Part shown: positions 28,970-39,403 of the stretch, piece after piece
Position numbering within the stretch: the first letter of the stretch is position 1
Layout of the letters: each line of letters starts with the position of its first letter
Assembly: GCA_042216015.1 (NCBI GenBank)
Contig: JBDGUI010000011.1
Span: 23,331-87,330, forward strand
Origin: Halodesulfurarchaeum sp.
Lineage (GTDB): Archaea > Halobacteriota > Halobacteria > Halobacteriales > Halobacteriaceae
Reading direction: 5' to 3'
Length of the DNA: 64,000 nucleotides
Translations under genes and position numbers: made by a program
Notes under the pieces: model-generated
Told to the model about the DNA's origin: nothing
The model's input: only the letters and a program-made list of their open reading frames with translations
Databases searched by the model: none

Positions 28970-30028
28970 ATGTCTATGACGGAACAACGTACCCGACGTG
29001 CGTTTCTCGGCAGTGTGGGAGCGGCAGCAACGGTAGGCCTCGCCGGCTGTACAGGTGGCAATAGTGGCGGGGAAGGGGGCGAGAAAACGACAAAAAAGAC
29101 CACGACGAAGTCGGTTCCCGGCGACGGCGACATGATGATCTTCCACGCGGGGAGTCTCGCGCCACCGTTCTCCGCTGCGGAACCAAAATTCGAGGAGAAG
29201 ACCGGGATTCAGGTAACCCGCGAGCCGAAAGGGTCGGTCGCCTCAACAAAGAAGATCACGCAGCAGGGTCGGAAGGCCGACGTCCTCGGCGTCTCCGACT
29301 TCCGTCTTATCCGCGACCGCGTCCTCCCGAAGTACGGCAACTGGTACAGCATCTTCGCAACGAACGCGATGTCGATCCAGTATCATGAGGACTCGAAGGG
29401 CGCCGACGACATCTCGAAGGACAACTGGGGGGAGGTTCTCTCTCGAGACGGCGTCACCATCGGACACGCCGACCCAGCCGTCGACCCCGGTGGCTACCGC
29501 GCGGTGATGAGCCAGCAGCTCGGGAAAATCCCGTTCAACGGGGAGCAGCTCTACGACGACGCGACCTATCAGAAGCTCCGCGAGAACTCCGTGGTGCCGA
29601 CGGGAACAGAGACGAAGCTCGAAGGACAGCTCAAATCTGGGAAACTCGACTACGCGATCTACTACCAGTCCATCAGTTCGACCACGGACATGCCGTGGAT
29701 CGACCTCCAGCCAGCGGTTGACCTCTCGAAAGCGACCACCGAGTACGCGAAACACTACGCGAAGGCGAAAGTCGAGACGGACTCCGGGACGTTCACGGGG
29801 GCGCCAATCGCCTATGGCCTCACCGTCCCCTCGGTCGCAGCGTCCCCCGAACTCGGCGCGCGCTGGGTGGAGTATTTCGCCACGAAGCCGGGGAAGCAGA
29901 TTCTGAAGAACAAGGGCCTCCAGCCGGTCTCGCCCTTCGTCGTTCCCGAATCCGCGACGGACGCCGTTCCCGACCGCGTCATGAAGCAGGCGACCTCGAA
30001 GAAAAACCTGGGCCCGCTCGAGCTGTAA
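28970..30028 (+). CDS. wtpA: Tungstate/molybdate ABC transporter substrate-binding lipoprotein (WtpA family)
   Basis: Tat signal RRAFL plus lipobox LAGC. FHAGSL, DP..DPGGYR, PIAYGLTVP. Confidence 0.88.
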   Translation: MSMTEQRTRRAFLGSVGAAATVGLAGCTGGNSGGEGGEKTTKKTTTKSVPGDGDMMIFHAGSLAPPFSAAEPKFEEKTGIQVTREPKGSVASTKKITQQGRKADVLGVSDFRLIRDRVLPKYGNWYSIFATNAMSIQYHEDSKGADDISKDNWGEVLSRDGVTIGHADPAVDPGGYRAVMSQQLGKIPFNGEQLYDDATYQKLRENSVVPTGTETKLEGQLKSGKLDYAIYYQSISSTTDMPWIDLQPAVDLSKATTEYAKHYAKAKVETDSGTFTGAPIAYGLTVPSVAASPELGARWVEYFATKPGKQILKNKGLQPVSPFVVPESATDAVPDRVMKQATSKKNLGPLEL

Positions 30029-30064
30029 TCGACTGCCGAAGGTCGACCCACCATCCCACTATTC

Positions 30065-31021
30065 ATGTCTCTTCCCACGCGTACTGGCTATGAACGCATC
30101 GCGCTTCTCCTGGCGGTGATAACCGTGCAGATTGTCGCGTTCGCGCTCGCATACGCGATTGATCGACCGACACTATACGCCGCGTTCATGGTAATCTCCG
30201 CGGTGGCACTAGCCTACGGAGCTGAAGGTGGTATTGCGGGGATGGCCGCAGCAGCACTCGGGACCGTGCTACTCATCGCATTGACGTTCCCGCTGATGCT
30301 GTTTACCGCCCGACAGAACCCCTCGCTCGTCGTCGAGAAGCTCCTCGACCCCGAAGTCCACAAGATGCTCTACCTCTCGATCTATGCCCCGTTGCTTGCG
30401 GCCGTCTTCGCTCTTCTGACCGGAATCCCGCTGGCCTATCTCCTCGCGCGAGGCTTCCCTGGATCGGCGCTCGTCCAGAGCCTGGTCGACTTGCCGCTCG
30501 TCGTTCCTCACTCGGTCGCAGGAATCATCATCCTCTTTGGCTTCGGAAAGGGTGGTGCGTTTCCACAGCTCTCCATCCTCGGGACGATCGTGGGGGCAGT
30601 TCTCGCAATGACCTTCGTCTCCGCCCCATTCGCGGTGAACAGTGCCCGGGAGGCGTTCGAGACGTTGGATCGACGAATCGAATACGCCGCCCGCATCCAC
30701 GGCGCGAATTCGTTGAGTACGTTCCGACGAATCTCGTTGCCACTCGCTGCGCGTGGCATTCTCACAGGCGGCGTCCTGGCCTGGGCGCGGGCCGTCTCCG
30801 AGTTCGGCGCTGTCGCCATCGTCGCCTACACGGTCAAATTCTTTTATCCCCTGGCGGGGAAGAAGGTCTTCGGTGCGCACGCCCCGGTGTTCATCTATAA
30901 GAGCTACCTGACCGGGTCGTTGGCCGAGAGCGGCGCGGTCGCATTCATCCTGCTCGTCGTGAGTATCGCCATCTTCGTACTCATTCGTAGCATCGCCCAG
31001 GACGGAGGGAAGGTCCTATGA
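30065..31021 (+). CDS. wtpB: Tungstate/molybdate ABC transporter permease
   Basis: DLPLVVPHSVAG, EAA-like EYAARIHGA, ARAVSEFGA. Confidence 0.88.
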   Translation: MSLPTRTGYERIALLLAVITVQIVAFALAYAIDRPTLYAAFMVISAVALAYGAEGGIAGMAAAALGTVLLIALTFPLMLFTARQNPSLVVEKLLDPEVHKMLYLSIYAPLLAAVFALLTGIPLAYLLARGFPGSALVQSLVDLPLVVPHSVAGIIILFGFGKGGAFPQLSILGTIVGAVLAMTFVSAPFAVNSAREAFETLDRRIEYAARIHGANSLSTFRRISLPLAARGILTGGVLAWARAVSEFGAVAIVAYTVKFFYPLAGKKVFGAHAPVFIYKSYLTGSLAESGAVAFILLVVSIAIFVLIRSIAQDGGKVL

Positions 31022-31959
31022 AACTCGACGCTGCCATCCGGTCCACATTCACCACCGAGGGAGCAGAACCCTTCGATGTGGACGCTTCCGTCGAGGTTGC
31101 AGAGGGCGAAACGCTCGTCATTCTCGGCCCGAGCGGGAGCGGGAAGACCCTCCTCCTCGAGTCGATTGCTGGCTTCCACCGCCACGAGGGTCACGTCCGC
31201 CTCGATGACCGTGATATCACCGATGCGCCACCCGAGAAGCGCGGTTTCGGCTTCGTCTTCCAGGACTACGGCCTCTTCCCGCACATGACTGTCCGCGAGA
31301 ACGTCGCCTTCGGCGAGCAGTATCACGAGGACACACGCGATCCCGAAGAGCTCCTCGAGTCATTGGACGTGGTACATCTCGCCGATCGTTCGCCACCGAC
31401 CCTTTCAGGCGGAGAGCAACAACGGGTCGCGCTCGCACGCTCGCTGGCGGTCCGGCCTGACGCGATGCTCCTCGACGAACCGCTCTCCGCACTCGACGTC
31501 CCCACGCGACAGGCGCTTCGTGACGATCTCGCCGAGTCACTCACGGACGTGACGAGCGTGTATGTCACACACAACCGAACGACTGCCCGGGCGATCGGGG
31601 ACCGAATCGCCGTCATGCGCGACGGCGAAATCGTCCAGACCGGCACACCCACCGGGATCTTCGAGTCACCGGCAACTCCCTATATCGCACGGTTCGTCGG
31701 TGCGAACGTCCTTCCAGCCGCTCGGTTCGATCGCGATACAGAGGCTGTCGCCATTCGGCCCGAACACGTCGAGATAACCGCACCAGATGTTGGGAAACGG
31801 GCCACTGTCGAACGCGTCGCCCACGAGGACGCCGCCTCTCGCGTCGTCCTCGACTGGGACGGCGAGCGTGTCGAGGCATTTTCGACCGAACCGCCGACGG
31901 TTGGGACGACCGTCGGAATCGATTTCCCGGACGAGAACATCACAGCCCTCAGAAAGTAG
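31018..31959 (+). CDS. wtpC: Tungstate/molybdate ABC transporter ATPase
   Basis: GPSGSGKT, LSGGEQQR, LLDEPLSALD. Confidence 0.88.
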   Translation: MKLDAAIRSTFTTEGAEPFDVDASVEVAEGETLVILGPSGSGKTLLLESIAGFHRHEGHVRLDDRDITDAPPEKRGFGFVFQDYGLFPHMTVRENVAFGEQYHEDTRDPEELLESLDVVHLADRSPPTLSGGEQQRVALARSLAVRPDAMLLDEPLSALDVPTRQALRDDLAESLTDVTSVYVTHNRTTARAIGDRIAVMRDGEIVQTGTPTGIFESPATPYIARFVGANVLPAARFDRDTEAVAIRPEHVEITAPDVGKRATVERVAHEDAASRVVLDWDGERVEAFSTEPPTVGTTVGIDFPDENITALRK

Positions 31960-32016
31960 CCCCCACAGCCCCAGGTGGCTGGATGAGAGTCACTTCGGAC
32001 GGGTGACGGGCCCTGA

Positions 32017-32224
32017 TCAATCCGTCTCGACCATCACTTCGGTGGCTTTGATCACCGCGTTGACTTCCTCACCCTCGGACAGTCCGAGTCGGTCGGCTGA
32101 TCCACTCGTGATTGTGGCTGCGACGATCTGGCCGTCGCCCAGTTCGATTTCGACCTCCGCCATGACCCGAGGTTTCGACCGAGCGGACAGTCCCAGCGAG
32201 GTGATTCCGTGCACTCAATGGCAT
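32017..32224 (-). pseudogene. Mop/molbindin (single TOBE domain) gene with a frameshift
   Basis: MPLSARNHLAGTVRSVETSG, shift near 32164, then MAEVEIELGDGQIVAATITSGSADRLGLSEGEEVNAVIKATEVMV. Span is 208 nt, not a multiple of 3. Confidence 0.85.
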
Positions 32225-32336
32225 GTCCGAGTATAGCACCCGGACTCGAGTAAGGGTATCGCCAATCGAATACGACCCCCTGCGATGAGCGGGTCTTCAG
32301 TTGGCGGTTGGCGATCCGGAACGAGGGGTACCCGTC

Positions 32337-32765
32337 TCAGGACCCCGTCTTGACGACGAGGGTGTCACCCAGGCGATCGCCGAGGCGCTGTGAGTCCCCC
32401 GAGAGCAGCATGAGGACGATCCCGACGGCGTAGAACACCGGAAGGCCGTCGACGATCCTGAGGAGGTTCCGCACCGCCGCCGATTTCGTGTCGCTCGTTC
32501 GGCCGTTCGATTTGACCACCGCAATGCCCATGACTCGCTTTCCAACCGTCTGGCCGCCCGCTCCTTCGAGGGCAATGAAGTACACCAGGCCACCGGCGCC
32601 GGCCAGCAATCCGGTCAACCCAATCGCCCGGGGAGCGATCATCGTGAGGAGTCCGAGGAGCAGTGCAGTCCCGAGGGCGATCACCACCCCGTCGAGGAGA
32701 AACGCGATCGCTCGCGAGAGGATGGAGGCGGGCTGTCCGTCGCGTCGTGGTTTCGCTCGCACCAT
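32337..32765 (-). CDS. RDD family membrane protein
   Basis: RAIAFLLD, GQTVGKRVMGIAVV, RNLLRIVD, QRLGDRLGDTLVV. Confidence 0.9.
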   Translation of the reverse strand: MVRAKPRRDGQPASILSRAIAFLLDGVVIALGTALLLGLLTMIAPRAIGLTGLLAGAGGLVYFIALEGAGGQTVGKRVMGIAVVKSNGRTSDTKSAAVRNLLRIVDGLPVFYAVGIVLMLLSGDSQRLGDRLGDTLVVKTGS

Positions 32766-32986
32766 GGACCGGCATGGCCCCGCCATGCGCGATAAACCCT
32801 CGCCTCTCGGGGCCGAAATCGAAGAGACGGGACGAGAAAGCTCGATGAATCGTTTCGAGCACGCAGCGTGGGCGATTAAATGACCTGAAACGAGCGCTCG
32901 CAGGTCGAACGTGGCTGAACTGATCCGAAGGTTCTGGACCCTATATGATCCCAGGACCCCACGGTTCAGGTGTGACGGTGTCCCCA

Positions 32987-33220
32987 ATGTCAACCCAGTC
33001 CTCCACCCCAGATTCGCCCCCGACCAACCCTCCCGGATCCGACATGCTCCTCCAGCCGGTCGAAGCCGCCGGCTTCTGGGCCGGCGTTGCACTGCCCTTC
33101 ATCTACGTCCCCCTGATCCTCCGGGGTCTCGAAACGCCGACGATCCAGCTCACGGTCGGCGTGCTGATCGCCGCCCACGTCCTGGCACTCGTGCTCGGTC
33201 GCCACCACAACGCCGACTGA
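32987..33220 (+). CDS. Small two-TM haloarchaeal membrane protein
   Basis: AAGFWAGVALPFIYVPL...HVLALVLG. Confidence 0.7.
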   Translation: MSTQSSTPDSPPTNPPGSDMLLQPVEAAGFWAGVALPFIYVPLILRGLETPTIQLTVGVLIAAHVLALVLGRHHNAD

Positions 33221-33258
33221 GTGACGCCTTTTTGTCGGCTCCAGCAGTAGCCGGGGGT

Positions 33259-34230
33259 ATGGACCTGGCGACAGTCCCGCTTGGCAGAACCGGCACCCGG
33301 GTCTCCGAGATCGCCTTTGGGACCTGGCGGTTCGGCCGCGAGGACGACTCCGGCGCGATCGAGATCGGACGCGAACAGGCCCATCGCCTCCTCGACACGT
33401 ACGAGGCCGCAGGGGGGCGATTCATCGACACCGCGGACATGTACGGCGATGGCCGCGCGGAGGAGTACATCGGTGACTGGCTCGCGGAGCGTGATCGGGA
33501 GGACTTCGTGATCGCCTCGAAGATCTACTGGCCGACCCGCGAGGGGGACCCGAACGGGCGCGGGCTCGGGCGCAAACACCTCCGTCGCCAGATCGACCTG
33601 ATCCTCGACCGACTTGGCACCGACTACGTCGACCTGCTCTACATCCACCGCTGGGACGACTCGACCCCTGCGGCGGAGTTCATGCGCACCCTGAACGACT
33701 TCGTTCGGCGGGGTTCGGTCAACTACCTCGGTGCCTCGACGCTCGAACCGAACGCGTGGAAGGTCGTGAAGGCAAACGAAATCGCCCGCCGTGAGGGCTA
33801 CGAGCCATTCACGGTGGTCCAACCCCGGTACAACGCCGCAAACCGGGAGATCGAGGGGCCCTACCTCGAGATGTGCCACGAATACGAACTGGGGGTCATT
33901 CCCTGGTCGCCGCTCGCTGGCGGCTTTTTGAGCGGGAAGTACACCCGAGGCGAGGAGCCACCACCGGGTTCCCGTGGGGCGACCGACAAGCAGTTCGTCG
34001 ACTCCTACCTGACACCGGAGAACTTCGACGTGCTCGAGGAGATCGAGGCCGTGGCCGGGGAGATCGAGGCCACTCCGGCCCAGGTCAGTCTCGCCTGGCT
34101 GCTCCACCACGAGCAGGTCGTCGCCCCGATCGCGGGGGCCACGTCGATCGAACAACTCGAGGAGGACCTCCGGGCGACCCGGATCGAACTGGACGACGGG
34201 CAGTTCGAACGGATCGCGACCGCGAAGTGA
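33259..34230 (+). CDS. Aldo/keto reductase
   Basis: IDTADMYG, IASK, LGTDYVDLLYIHRWD, WSPLAGG. Confidence 0.94.
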   Translation: MDLATVPLGRTGTRVSEIAFGTWRFGREDDSGAIEIGREQAHRLLDTYEAAGGRFIDTADMYGDGRAEEYIGDWLAERDREDFVIASKIYWPTREGDPNGRGLGRKHLRRQIDLILDRLGTDYVDLLYIHRWDDSTPAAEFMRTLNDFVRRGSVNYLGASTLEPNAWKVVKANEIARREGYEPFTVVQPRYNAANREIEGPYLEMCHEYELGVIPWSPLAGGFLSGKYTRGEEPPPGSRGATDKQFVDSYLTPENFDVLEEIEAVAGEIEATPAQVSLAWLLHHEQVVAPIAGATSIEQLEEDLRATRIELDDGQFERIATAK

Positions 34231-34710
34231 TCAGACCCGCTCGAGGATCGTCTCCTCGTACTGGGTGTCACCGATCGTGGTCCCATCGGTGTCGATGCGG
34301 GAGAACCCCCGGTCCTCGTAGAACTCCTGCATGTGGGAATTCGCCTCCAGGACGGTTGCACGGATACCCTCGCGATCGGCCTCGAAGTCCGCGGCGATCG
34401 CCTCGAAGAGTGCGGCCTCGACCCCCGCGTCCCGATGGGCCGGATCGACGTGTAGTCGGAGGATCGTACCCACTTGACCGGATCGATGGGCATGGACGAA
34501 CCCGACGATGTCACCGTCACGCTCGGCGACTCGAAGGTCAGTCCCCGGATTCGAGAGTTCCATCCGGACGACCGGGTCGCTGTACCAGTGATTCACGCCC
34601 GACTCGATCGTGTCCTCGTCCACCCGTCCCGCGTAATCCGTCCGCCAGGCAGCCTCGGCCACCTGCCGTATCCCCGCGATGTCCTCCTCCGTGGCCTCGC
34701 GAACGTTCAT
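34231..34710 (-). CDS. GNAT family acetyltransferase
   Basis: LHVDPAHRDAGV and N....FYEDRGF. Confidence 0.85.
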   Translation of the reverse strand: MNVREATEEDIAGIRQVAEAAWRTDYAGRVDEDTIESGVNHWYSDPVVRMELSNPGTDLRVAERDGDIVGFVHAHRSGQVGTILRLHVDPAHRDAGVEAALFEAIAADFEADREGIRATVLEANSHMQEFYEDRGFSRIDTDGTTIGDTQYEETILERV

Positions 34711-34735
34711 GCCACGAGATAGGCCGTCGACTCCC

Positions 34736-35668
34736 TTAGTCCTCCCGTCCCAGCACCTCGCCGAGGCCAGCCAGTTCCCGAGCGATCGCCTCCCGCTTGA
34801 TGAGCCAGAAGCCGGCGAGGATGATCAGGAAACCGGCCCCAGTCCGCAGAGAGACCGATTCCCCGAGGACGACCCAGCCAGAAAGCGCTGCCCAGATCGG
34901 GGCGGCATAGGAGACGAGATTGATCTCGACCGGCCCGAGTCGATCGAGAAGGTCGAAGTAGATGAGAAAGCCGAGCGCGCTGGAGACGATCGCGAGGTAG
35001 CCGAGCGCGGCGAGTCCCTCCAGGCTCCACGTGACGGTCCCGGCCCCCTCCCCAAGGCCGAAACTGATCGCGTGAAGCAGGAGTGCTCCGATCACCATCG
35101 ACCACGCCTCCATCGTCTCGATCGGGAGACTCGCCTCGAACGTCGTGGCGAGCACGCTCCCGAGGGCGAAGCTCACCGCGGCCATGAAGACGAGGAACTC
35201 CCCGACCGTCGCCGTCTCGAGAAGGGAGCCGAGATTCGGCTGGGCGATGATGACGACCCCCAGCAGTCCGAGTGTGAGACCCAGGATTCCCGTCGTCGAG
35301 AGCGCCCGTCCCGGGAGCATGACCCGCGCGAAGCCGGTCGTGAGGATCGGACTCAGGCTCACGACCACGGCGGCGACGGCACTCGTCGTCGAGAGTTCGC
35401 CGACGAACAGGAAGGCGTGGTAGCCGGCGATCATGAACACCCCGCCGACGATGCTCAACAGCCACTCCGCGCGCGTTTTCGGCCGCCACCGGTCGACGGC
35501 CAGAAGGGCGTACCCGAGCATCAACACCCCTGCGAGGTCGTAGCGGAGGGCCGCGAACAGGACCGGGGCTTCGGCGAACGATTCGAGCCCGGCCTTGATC
35601 GCCATGAACGCCGTCCCCCAGATCGCCGAGAGGAAGAGCCACGACAGCACGCTTCGAACTCGCGACAC
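34736..35668 (-). CDS. DMT/EamA family transporter
   Basis: About 10 TM segments with IWGTAF.AIK and AALRY. Confidence 0.9.
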   Translation of the reverse strand: MSRVRSVLSWLFLSAIWGTAFMAIKAGLESFAEAPVLFAALRYDLAGVLMLGYALLAVDRWRPKTRAEWLLSIVGGVFMIAGYHAFLFVGELSTTSAVAAVVVSLSPILTTGFARVMLPGRALSTTGILGLTLGLLGVVIIAQPNLGSLLETATVGEFLVFMAAVSFALGSVLATTFEASLPIETMEAWSMVIGALLLHAISFGLGEGAGTVTWSLEGLAALGYLAIVSSALGFLIYFDLLDRLGPVEINLVSYAAPIWAALSGWVVLGESVSLRTGAGFLIILAGFWLIKREAIARELAGLGEVLGRED

Positions 35669-35694
35669 GACTCCGCAGTGGTGGGTCGGGACTT

Positions 35695-36213
35695 TCAGGC
35701 TTCCGTCTCGTCGGCGAGCGAAGCGAGTTTTCCCGTCTCCTCGAGGTACGTGAGGACGTCCTGTCGGGTGATGATGCCGTCGACGAACCCATCGGTCGTC
35801 ACCGGAACCCGGTTGACGTTCGGCTCCCGGCGGGCGAGGATCTCGATGACGGTCTCGATGCCCGTCTCCGGGGAGACCGTGACGACGTCCTCGGTCATGA
35901 CGGAGCTGATGGGGTCACCCGCGTGTCGCGCGAGGTCGATCTCGATGTCAAGATCGCCGAAGGAGGCCTCGATCGCGTAATCGACCGGTTCGAGGAAGGG
36001 CGGGAATCCGACCGGGATCCAGAGCGTGCGATCGGCGGGCTCGAAGATGCCAACGAGGTCCCGCTGGGTGACGATTCCCACCAGTCGACCGTCGTCGTCG
36101 ACGACGGGAAACCCGTTGAACGGGCGACTCGACAGCTTCTTCAGGACGTTGCCGACCGATTCGTCGTGCTGTACCGTTTCGACGTCGGCGGTCATCAACT
36201 CGCGAGCCTTCAT
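35695..36213 (-). CDS. CBS-domain protein
   Basis: MTADV...GFPVVDDDGRLVGIVTQRD and VMTEDV...GIITRQD. Confidence 0.9.
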   Translation of the reverse strand: MKARELMTADVETVQHDESVGNVLKKLSSRPFNGFPVVDDDGRLVGIVTQRDLVGIFEPADRTLWIPVGFPPFLEPVDYAIEASFGDLDIEIDLARHAGDPISSVMTEDVVTVSPETGIETVIEILARREPNVNRVPVTTDGFVDGIITRQDVLTYLEETGKLASLADETEA

Positions 36214-36285
36214 GTCCGAGCTATCGGACCCGTGGGTCAAGAGTGTTGGCGGGATATTTATGAGGGAACCCGGGCAAGGTGGCGT

Positions 36286-36903
36286 ATGGCCACGATGGGC
36301 CGGCCCCGACTCCGGGACCTCTTCGACGAGGCGCCGACGCCGCACATCGCCCACCCGCCCCACACCCACCGGCGGGACTATTACGTCGCGACGGATGGCT
36401 CCTTCGAGGCGACCGGGGCCGGTCTGGGCGTCATCATCGAGGCGCCCACCGGACGGCGAATCGAGCGCCTCGCCGTCCCCGACGCCGCGCCGGACAACAA
36501 CGTCGCCGAGTACCGGGCCCTGCACCTCGGACTGGATACCCTGGCGGCCCGGATCTCCCATTCCGCGTCGGTCGGCATTCTCGTGGATCACGACGACCTC
36601 GCGAGCAACGTCAATGCCGCAGTTCTCGCCGGTCGAGACCGGGAGCTGGGCACGCTCGCGAACGTGAGTCATCCACCGGGGACGGCCTCACACTGGCGTG
36701 GGATCCGGGCCCGGATCGCCGGATTCGATGCGGTCCGTGCCGCCGCCGTCTCGAGCGGGCAAAACCCGGCCCATCCGCTGGCGAACGCGCCGGCGGAGTA
36801 CGCCCACCTCAACCGGGCCCCGACCGAATCGCCGACAGATCCGACTCCAGCCCCGGAAGGGGTGCCACCCCCCTCACGCGCCGATCGCCACGCGGGGGAT
36901 TGA
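36286..36903 (+). CDS. Ribonuclease HI-like protein
   Basis: VATDGS, GLGVII, NNVAEYRAL..GL, ILVD. Confidence 0.8.
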   Translation: MATMGRPRLRDLFDEAPTPHIAHPPHTHRRDYYVATDGSFEATGAGLGVIIEAPTGRRIERLAVPDAAPDNNVAEYRALHLGLDTLAARISHSASVGILVDHDDLASNVNAAVLAGRDRELGTLANVSHPPGTASHWRGIRARIAGFDAVRAAAVSSGQNPAHPLANAPAEYAHLNRAPTESPTDPTPAPEGVPPPSRADRHAGD

Positions 36904-36904
36904 A

Positions 36905-39175
36905 CTACCCGGTGGGGGAGTTTCCCTGAGCGTCGACGACCGCGACGGCGGCCAGGTTCACGATGTCCTTGACCGTGTCGCCCCGCTGGAGCACGTGCAC
37001 CGGCCGGTCCATGCCGACGAGCATGGGACCGGTCGCTTCGGCATCGCCGAGTCGCTGGAGGATCTTGTAGCCGATGTTTCCGGCCTCGAGGTTCGGGAAG
37101 ATCAGGACGTTCGCCGGCCCGTCTAGGTCCGAGAAGTCATAGGTCCCCTCGAGCATCTCCTCGACGAGGGCCGTATCCGCCTGCATCTCCCCGTCGACGG
37201 GGTACTCGACGTCGCCACGCTCCCGGAGCCGTCTTGCGGCTTCGCGGGGCACCCGGCTCGACTCGTCCTCGACGCTGCCGAAGTCCGAGTAGGAGAGCAA
37301 CGCCACCCGCGGTTCGACGTTGAATTCCCGGGCCAGCTCGGCGGTGTGGTGGGCGATCTCCTCGAGACACGCCGCCGAGGGGTCCTTGTTGACCGTTCCA
37401 TCGGCGATGAAGATCACGCGGTTCTTGAACGTGAGCATGTAAACCCCGCCGGCGAACCGTGCATCAGGGGCCGTTCCGATCACCTGGAGTGGCGGTCTGA
37501 GCGCCGAGGGATAGTGATAGGTCAGCCCCGTGAGCATGGCGTCGACCTCCCCCCGATCGACGAGGACACTCGCGAGGTAGTTCGGATCCCTCGTGACGAG
37601 GTCACGGGCCTCGTTTCTGGTCATCCCCTTGCGCTGGCGGAGGCTGTAGAGGTGATCGATCTGGTCGGTGAGGTCGGTCCGCTCGGGGTCGAGAATCGTG
37701 GGTTCGAACTCCAGTCCCAGCTCGTCGATCCGCTGGGTGATGGTCTCGACCTCGCCGATGAGCACCGGTTCGGCGATTCCCTCGTCGATCATCTGGTTGG
37801 CCGCACGGATGGTCTTCTCGTTTGCCCCCTCGGCGAGCGCAACCCGCTTCGGGTCGGCCGTTGCCTTGTTGTAGATGATCCGCATCATCTCGCGGGACTT
37901 GCCCAGTCGGGCCTCGAGGTCCTCGCGATAGGCGTCGAGATCCTCGATCTCTCGCCGGGCGACCCCAGTCTCCATCGCCGCCCTTGCGACGGCCGGGGCC
38001 ACGTGAAGGAGCACCCGCGGGTCCAGTGGCTTCGGGATGACGTACTCCGGGCCGAACTGCAGGGGTTGATCCCCGTAGGCCTGGACGACCTCGTCGGGGA
38101 CGTCCTCGCGGGCGAGGGAGGCAAGCGCCGTCGAGGCGGCGACTTTCATCTCCTCGTTGATCTGTGTCGCCCGGACGTCGAGGGCCCCGCGGAAGATGAA
38201 GGGGAATCCGAGGACGTTGTTGATCTGGTTCGGGAAGTCCGACCGACCCGTCGCGGCGATGACCGTGTCCTCGCGGGCGGTCTTTGCCTCCCGGTAGCCG
38301 ATCTCCGGGTCGGGATTGGCCATCGCGAAGACCATCGGATTGTCGGCCATCGACCGGACCATCTCCGGGGTGACGAGGTCCCCGACTGAGAGGCCGACGA
38401 ACACGTCCGCACCGGCCATCGCGTCCGCGAGACCCCCCTCCGAAACATCCCGGGCGAAATCGGCCTTGTACTCGTTCAGCTCGCCCGCCTCGGCCCGCCG
38501 CTCGGTGAGAATTCCCGAGGAATCGACCATCGTGACGTTCTCCTGAGGGACGCCGAGTGCGGTGTAAAAGCGAGCGGTGGCGATCGCACTCGCCCCGGCG
38601 CCGGAGATCACGACTGTCAGGTCCTCGAGGTCCTTTGCGAGAATCTCGGCGCCGTTCAGCAGTCCGGCCCCGGTGATGATCGCGGTACCGTGCTGATCGT
38701 CGTGGAAGACCGGGATGTCCATCCGCTCGCGGAGTTGCTCCTCGATCTCGAAACACTCCGGGGCCCGGATGTCCTCGAGGTTAATCCCGCCGAAGGTCGG
38801 CTCCATGGCGACCACGGTCTCGACGATCGCGTCCGGGTCTGTGAGGTCCAGTTCCACGTCGAAGACGTCGATGTCCGCGAACCGTTTGAAGAGCACTCCC
38901 TTGCCCTCCATCACCGGCTTTGCGGCGTCGGCGCCGATGTCGCCCAGCCCGAGAACGGCACTCCCGTTCGAGATGACCCCGACCAGGTTGCTCTTTGCGG
39001 TGTACGTGTAGGCGTCGGTTTCCTCGGCGGCGATCCGCTCACAGGGAGCCGCGACTCCCGGTGAGTACGCCAGGCTCAGATCCCGCTGGGTATTCGTCGG
39101 CTTCGTGGTGGAGATGGACACCTTTCCGGGCGGATCCCGGGCGTGATAGTCGAGGGCGTCCTCGTCGAGTCCCAT
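36905..39175 (-). CDS. maeB: NADP-dependent malic enzyme with C-terminal phosphotransacetylase-like domain
   Basis: [47 protein letters not shown]. Confidence 0.96.
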   Translation of the reverse strand: MGLDEDALDYHARDPPGKVSISTTKPTNTQRDLSLAYSPGVAAPCERIAAEETDAYTYTAKSNLVGVISNGSAVLGLGDIGADAAKPVMEGKGVLFKRFADIDVFDVELDLTDPDAIVETVVAMEPTFGGINLEDIRAPECFEIEEQLRERMDIPVFHDDQHGTAIITGAGLLNGAEILAKDLEDLTVVISGAGASAIATARFYTALGVPQENVTMVDSSGILTERRAEAGELNEYKADFARDVSEGGLADAMAGADVFVGLSVGDLVTPEMVRSMADNPMVFAMANPDPEIGYREAKTAREDTVIAATGRSDFPNQINNVLGFPFIFRGALDVRATQINEEMKVAASTALASLAREDVPDEVVQAYGDQPLQFGPEYVIPKPLDPRVLLHVAPAVARAAMETGVARREIEDLDAYREDLEARLGKSREMMRIIYNKATADPKRVALAEGANEKTIRAANQMIDEGIAEPVLIGEVETITQRIDELGLEFEPTILDPERTDLTDQIDHLYSLRQRKGMTRNEARDLVTRDPNYLASVLVDRGEVDAMLTGLTYHYPSALRPPLQVIGTAPDARFAGGVYMLTFKNRVIFIADGTVNKDPSAACLEEIAHHTAELAREFNVEPRVALLSYSDFGSVEDESSRVPREAARRLRERGDVEYPVDGEMQADTALVEEMLEGTYDFSDLDGPANVLIFPNLEAGNIGYKILQRLGDAEATGPMLVGMDRPVHVLQRGDTVKDIVNLAAVAVVDAQGNSPTG

Positions 39176-39243
39176 GAAACACATTCCCACGTCCGGGGGC
39201 AAAAGTGTACCCGACGGGAGTCCATCCAGCTCGAATCCGGGCC

Positions 39244-39374
39244 CACCGGATCGTCGAGATCGGCCTCGCCGGGTCCACGAGATCGAGTACACCGGATCGT
39301 CGAGATCGGCCTCGCCGGGTCCACGAGATCGAGTACACCGGATCGTCGAGATCGGCCTCGCCGAATCAACGAGA
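39244..39374. repeat. 46-bp tandem repeat, ~2.8 copies
   Basis: CACCGGATCGTCGAGATCGGCCTCGCCGGGTCCACGAGATCGAGTA at 39244 and 39290, with a copy at 39336 that diverges at its end. Confidence 0.92.
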
Positions 39375-39403
39375 CGGCAGAGACTGGATCGACCGACCGC
39401 CGC

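Noticed and set aside
28128..32300. W/Mo cassette as an element integrated at tRNA-Met
   Set aside because: I found no integrase and no downstream copy of the tRNA-Met 3' end; adjacency alone is not enough.
39244..39374. Repeats at 39244, 6063 and 48548 as possible CRISPR arrays
   Set aside because: Units are directly adjacent with no unique spacers, and there are no cas genes in the window.
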